Below are positions 62,721 through 64,000 of a stretch of 64,000 bases of DNA, one piece after another (the first letter of the stretch is position 1; each line of letters opens with the position of its first letter). Below the pieces are notes generated by a model that worked only from the letters and a program-made list of their open reading frames with translations, was not told the origin of the DNA and searched no databases. The stretch comes from Podarcis erhardii. Its lineage: Eukaryota. Where the stretch lies: NCBI GenBank assembly GCA_964252035.1, contig OZ176202.1; one strand, given 5' to 3'. Made by a program: the position numbers and the translations under genes.

Positions 62721-63370
62721 CACATGAAGACAAAGTCCATATGAAGTCTGACTAGTGCAGAATAAAGTTGAACTCTCATTTTTCATGTTTAGGAAACTAT
62801 GGTACTATTAATGCTGCCTAAAAATTGCTTTAGCCCTTTTTTGCCACTGCATCACACTGCTAACTTGTGTTCAGCTTGTGAATGACTACAAACCCAATAT
62901 ACTTTTCATATATAGCCAGGTTTCCCTCATTCTATACCTGTGCAAAATGATTATGGTTAACTAAACCATTTTTTTTCATTTGTCAATGATGCATTTTATT
63001 TTGTTAGCTTTGCCCCACTTTTATCAAGGTATTTTTGAATTTTATTGTCATATTATGAGATGCTAGCTACTTGTAACATTTACGTCATCTGCAAATCCCA
63101 TCATTGATTAAAATTTTGGAAAGTATTCATGGGTTCCATGCGCCTGTCACAGGAATTATGTCAAATTCTAGTGTGCCTTTTCATTTCATTATCTATAGGT
63201 TGCCTACTTTATATTCACAATTTCAAAGCACCTATGATGGAATTAGTCAAGGTATTTAACCTTAGTGACCATACATGAAAGCGTAGAGAAGTTGTGTTTC
63301 CAATTTCACAGCCAGTTTTGTCTCACCTTCTCCCAAAGGCCTTTATGATGGCCTTTCCAAAGGCCAGGCT
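62720..63370 (-). mobile_element. Old CR1 LINE RT-region fragment
   Basis: FADDV motif on the minus strand at 63082-63096; surrounding phrases such as gccactgcatcacactg resemble antisense CR1. Confidence 0.6.
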
Positions 63371-63725
63371 AAGTTTCACAACCCTGCTGGAGATTTGTCA
63401 TCACTGTGGGCTTTCCAGTAGCAAAGTGACCCATGATGACTTGAATATTGCCCATGAGAATTGGCAGCCAAGGCACAATAATCGGAACATCTGAGGTTGA
63501 ACAGTTTTCCAGTAGCCCTGGGTGTAAATCAGGTGCTGATATCAAGGTCAGAGAAAGCAGCAGACTGCCTGACTGTAAACAAAGCACAGAACTGTACCTG
63601 ATAAAAATAAACCACTTATTCTCAGAGTATATACAGGATATTGTCATAATCTCATTCTCTCCTACCACTGGAGCATTTAAGATTTCTTGGTAATGCAACT
63701 GAAGATCTACAGTAACGGCACTTCA

Positions 63726-63975
63726 GAGCCAGTGTGGTGTAGTGGTTAAGAGCGGTAGACTCGTAATCTGGTGAACCGGGTTCGCCTCCCTGTTCCTCCA
63801 CATCCAGCTGCTGGGTGACCTTGGGCCAGTCACACTTCTTTGAAGTCTCTCAGCCCCACTCACCTCACAGTTTGTTGTGGGGGAGGAAGGGAAAGGAGAA
63901 TGTTAGCCGCTTTGAGACACCTTCGGGTAGTGATAAAGCGGGATATCAAATCCAAACTCTTCTTCTTCTTCTTCT
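63726..63975 (+). mobile_element. tRNA-derived SINE (Squam3-like), full length
   Basis: A box gtggtgtagtggtt, B box gggttcgcctccc, core gggtgaccttgggccagtcac, L2-like tail ending in (TCT)n; no TSD. Confidence 0.85.
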
Positions 63976-64000
63976 AAGTACTGGTACTTGGGGGGGAATG

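Noticed and set aside
63726-63800. tRNA gene call for A/B-box sequences (also the Sauria SINE heads)
   Set aside because: No complete cloverleaf or oligo-T terminator; each continues into a SINE body and tail

Overview
AT-rich vertebrate non-coding DNA from a squamate, most likely a lacertid lizard. This is inferred from the repeats recognised by eye: Sauria SINEs, Bov-B (RTE) LINE 3' ends, Squam2/Squam3-type tRNA-derived SINEs, L2 and CR1 LINE fragments, TA-flanked pogo/Tigger-like MITEs, 8-bp-TSD hAT MITEs and solo LTRs. I recognise no intact, nameable host protein-coding gene, rRNA, true tRNA gene or CRISPR array. The long ORFs in the track are retroelement remnants or run through N blocks. 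Eight N blocks (2,298 nt in total) lie in repeat-free, enhancer-like sequence, so the window may be part of a regulatory gene desert or large intron. The best unexplained signals are: (i) a minus-strand three-exon spliced ORF at 10.2-10.8 kb with a triple-CCAAT cluster just upstream; (ii) further stop-containing exon-like relics at 11.7-13.9 kb and a possible decayed EF-hand exon at 5.0-5.3 kb; (iii) an N-block pattern that looks more like masking of conserved elements than scaffolding gaps; (iv) several readable nested-insertion histories. No database search was possible, so family names come from recalled consensus features and all gene-like calls are low confidence.
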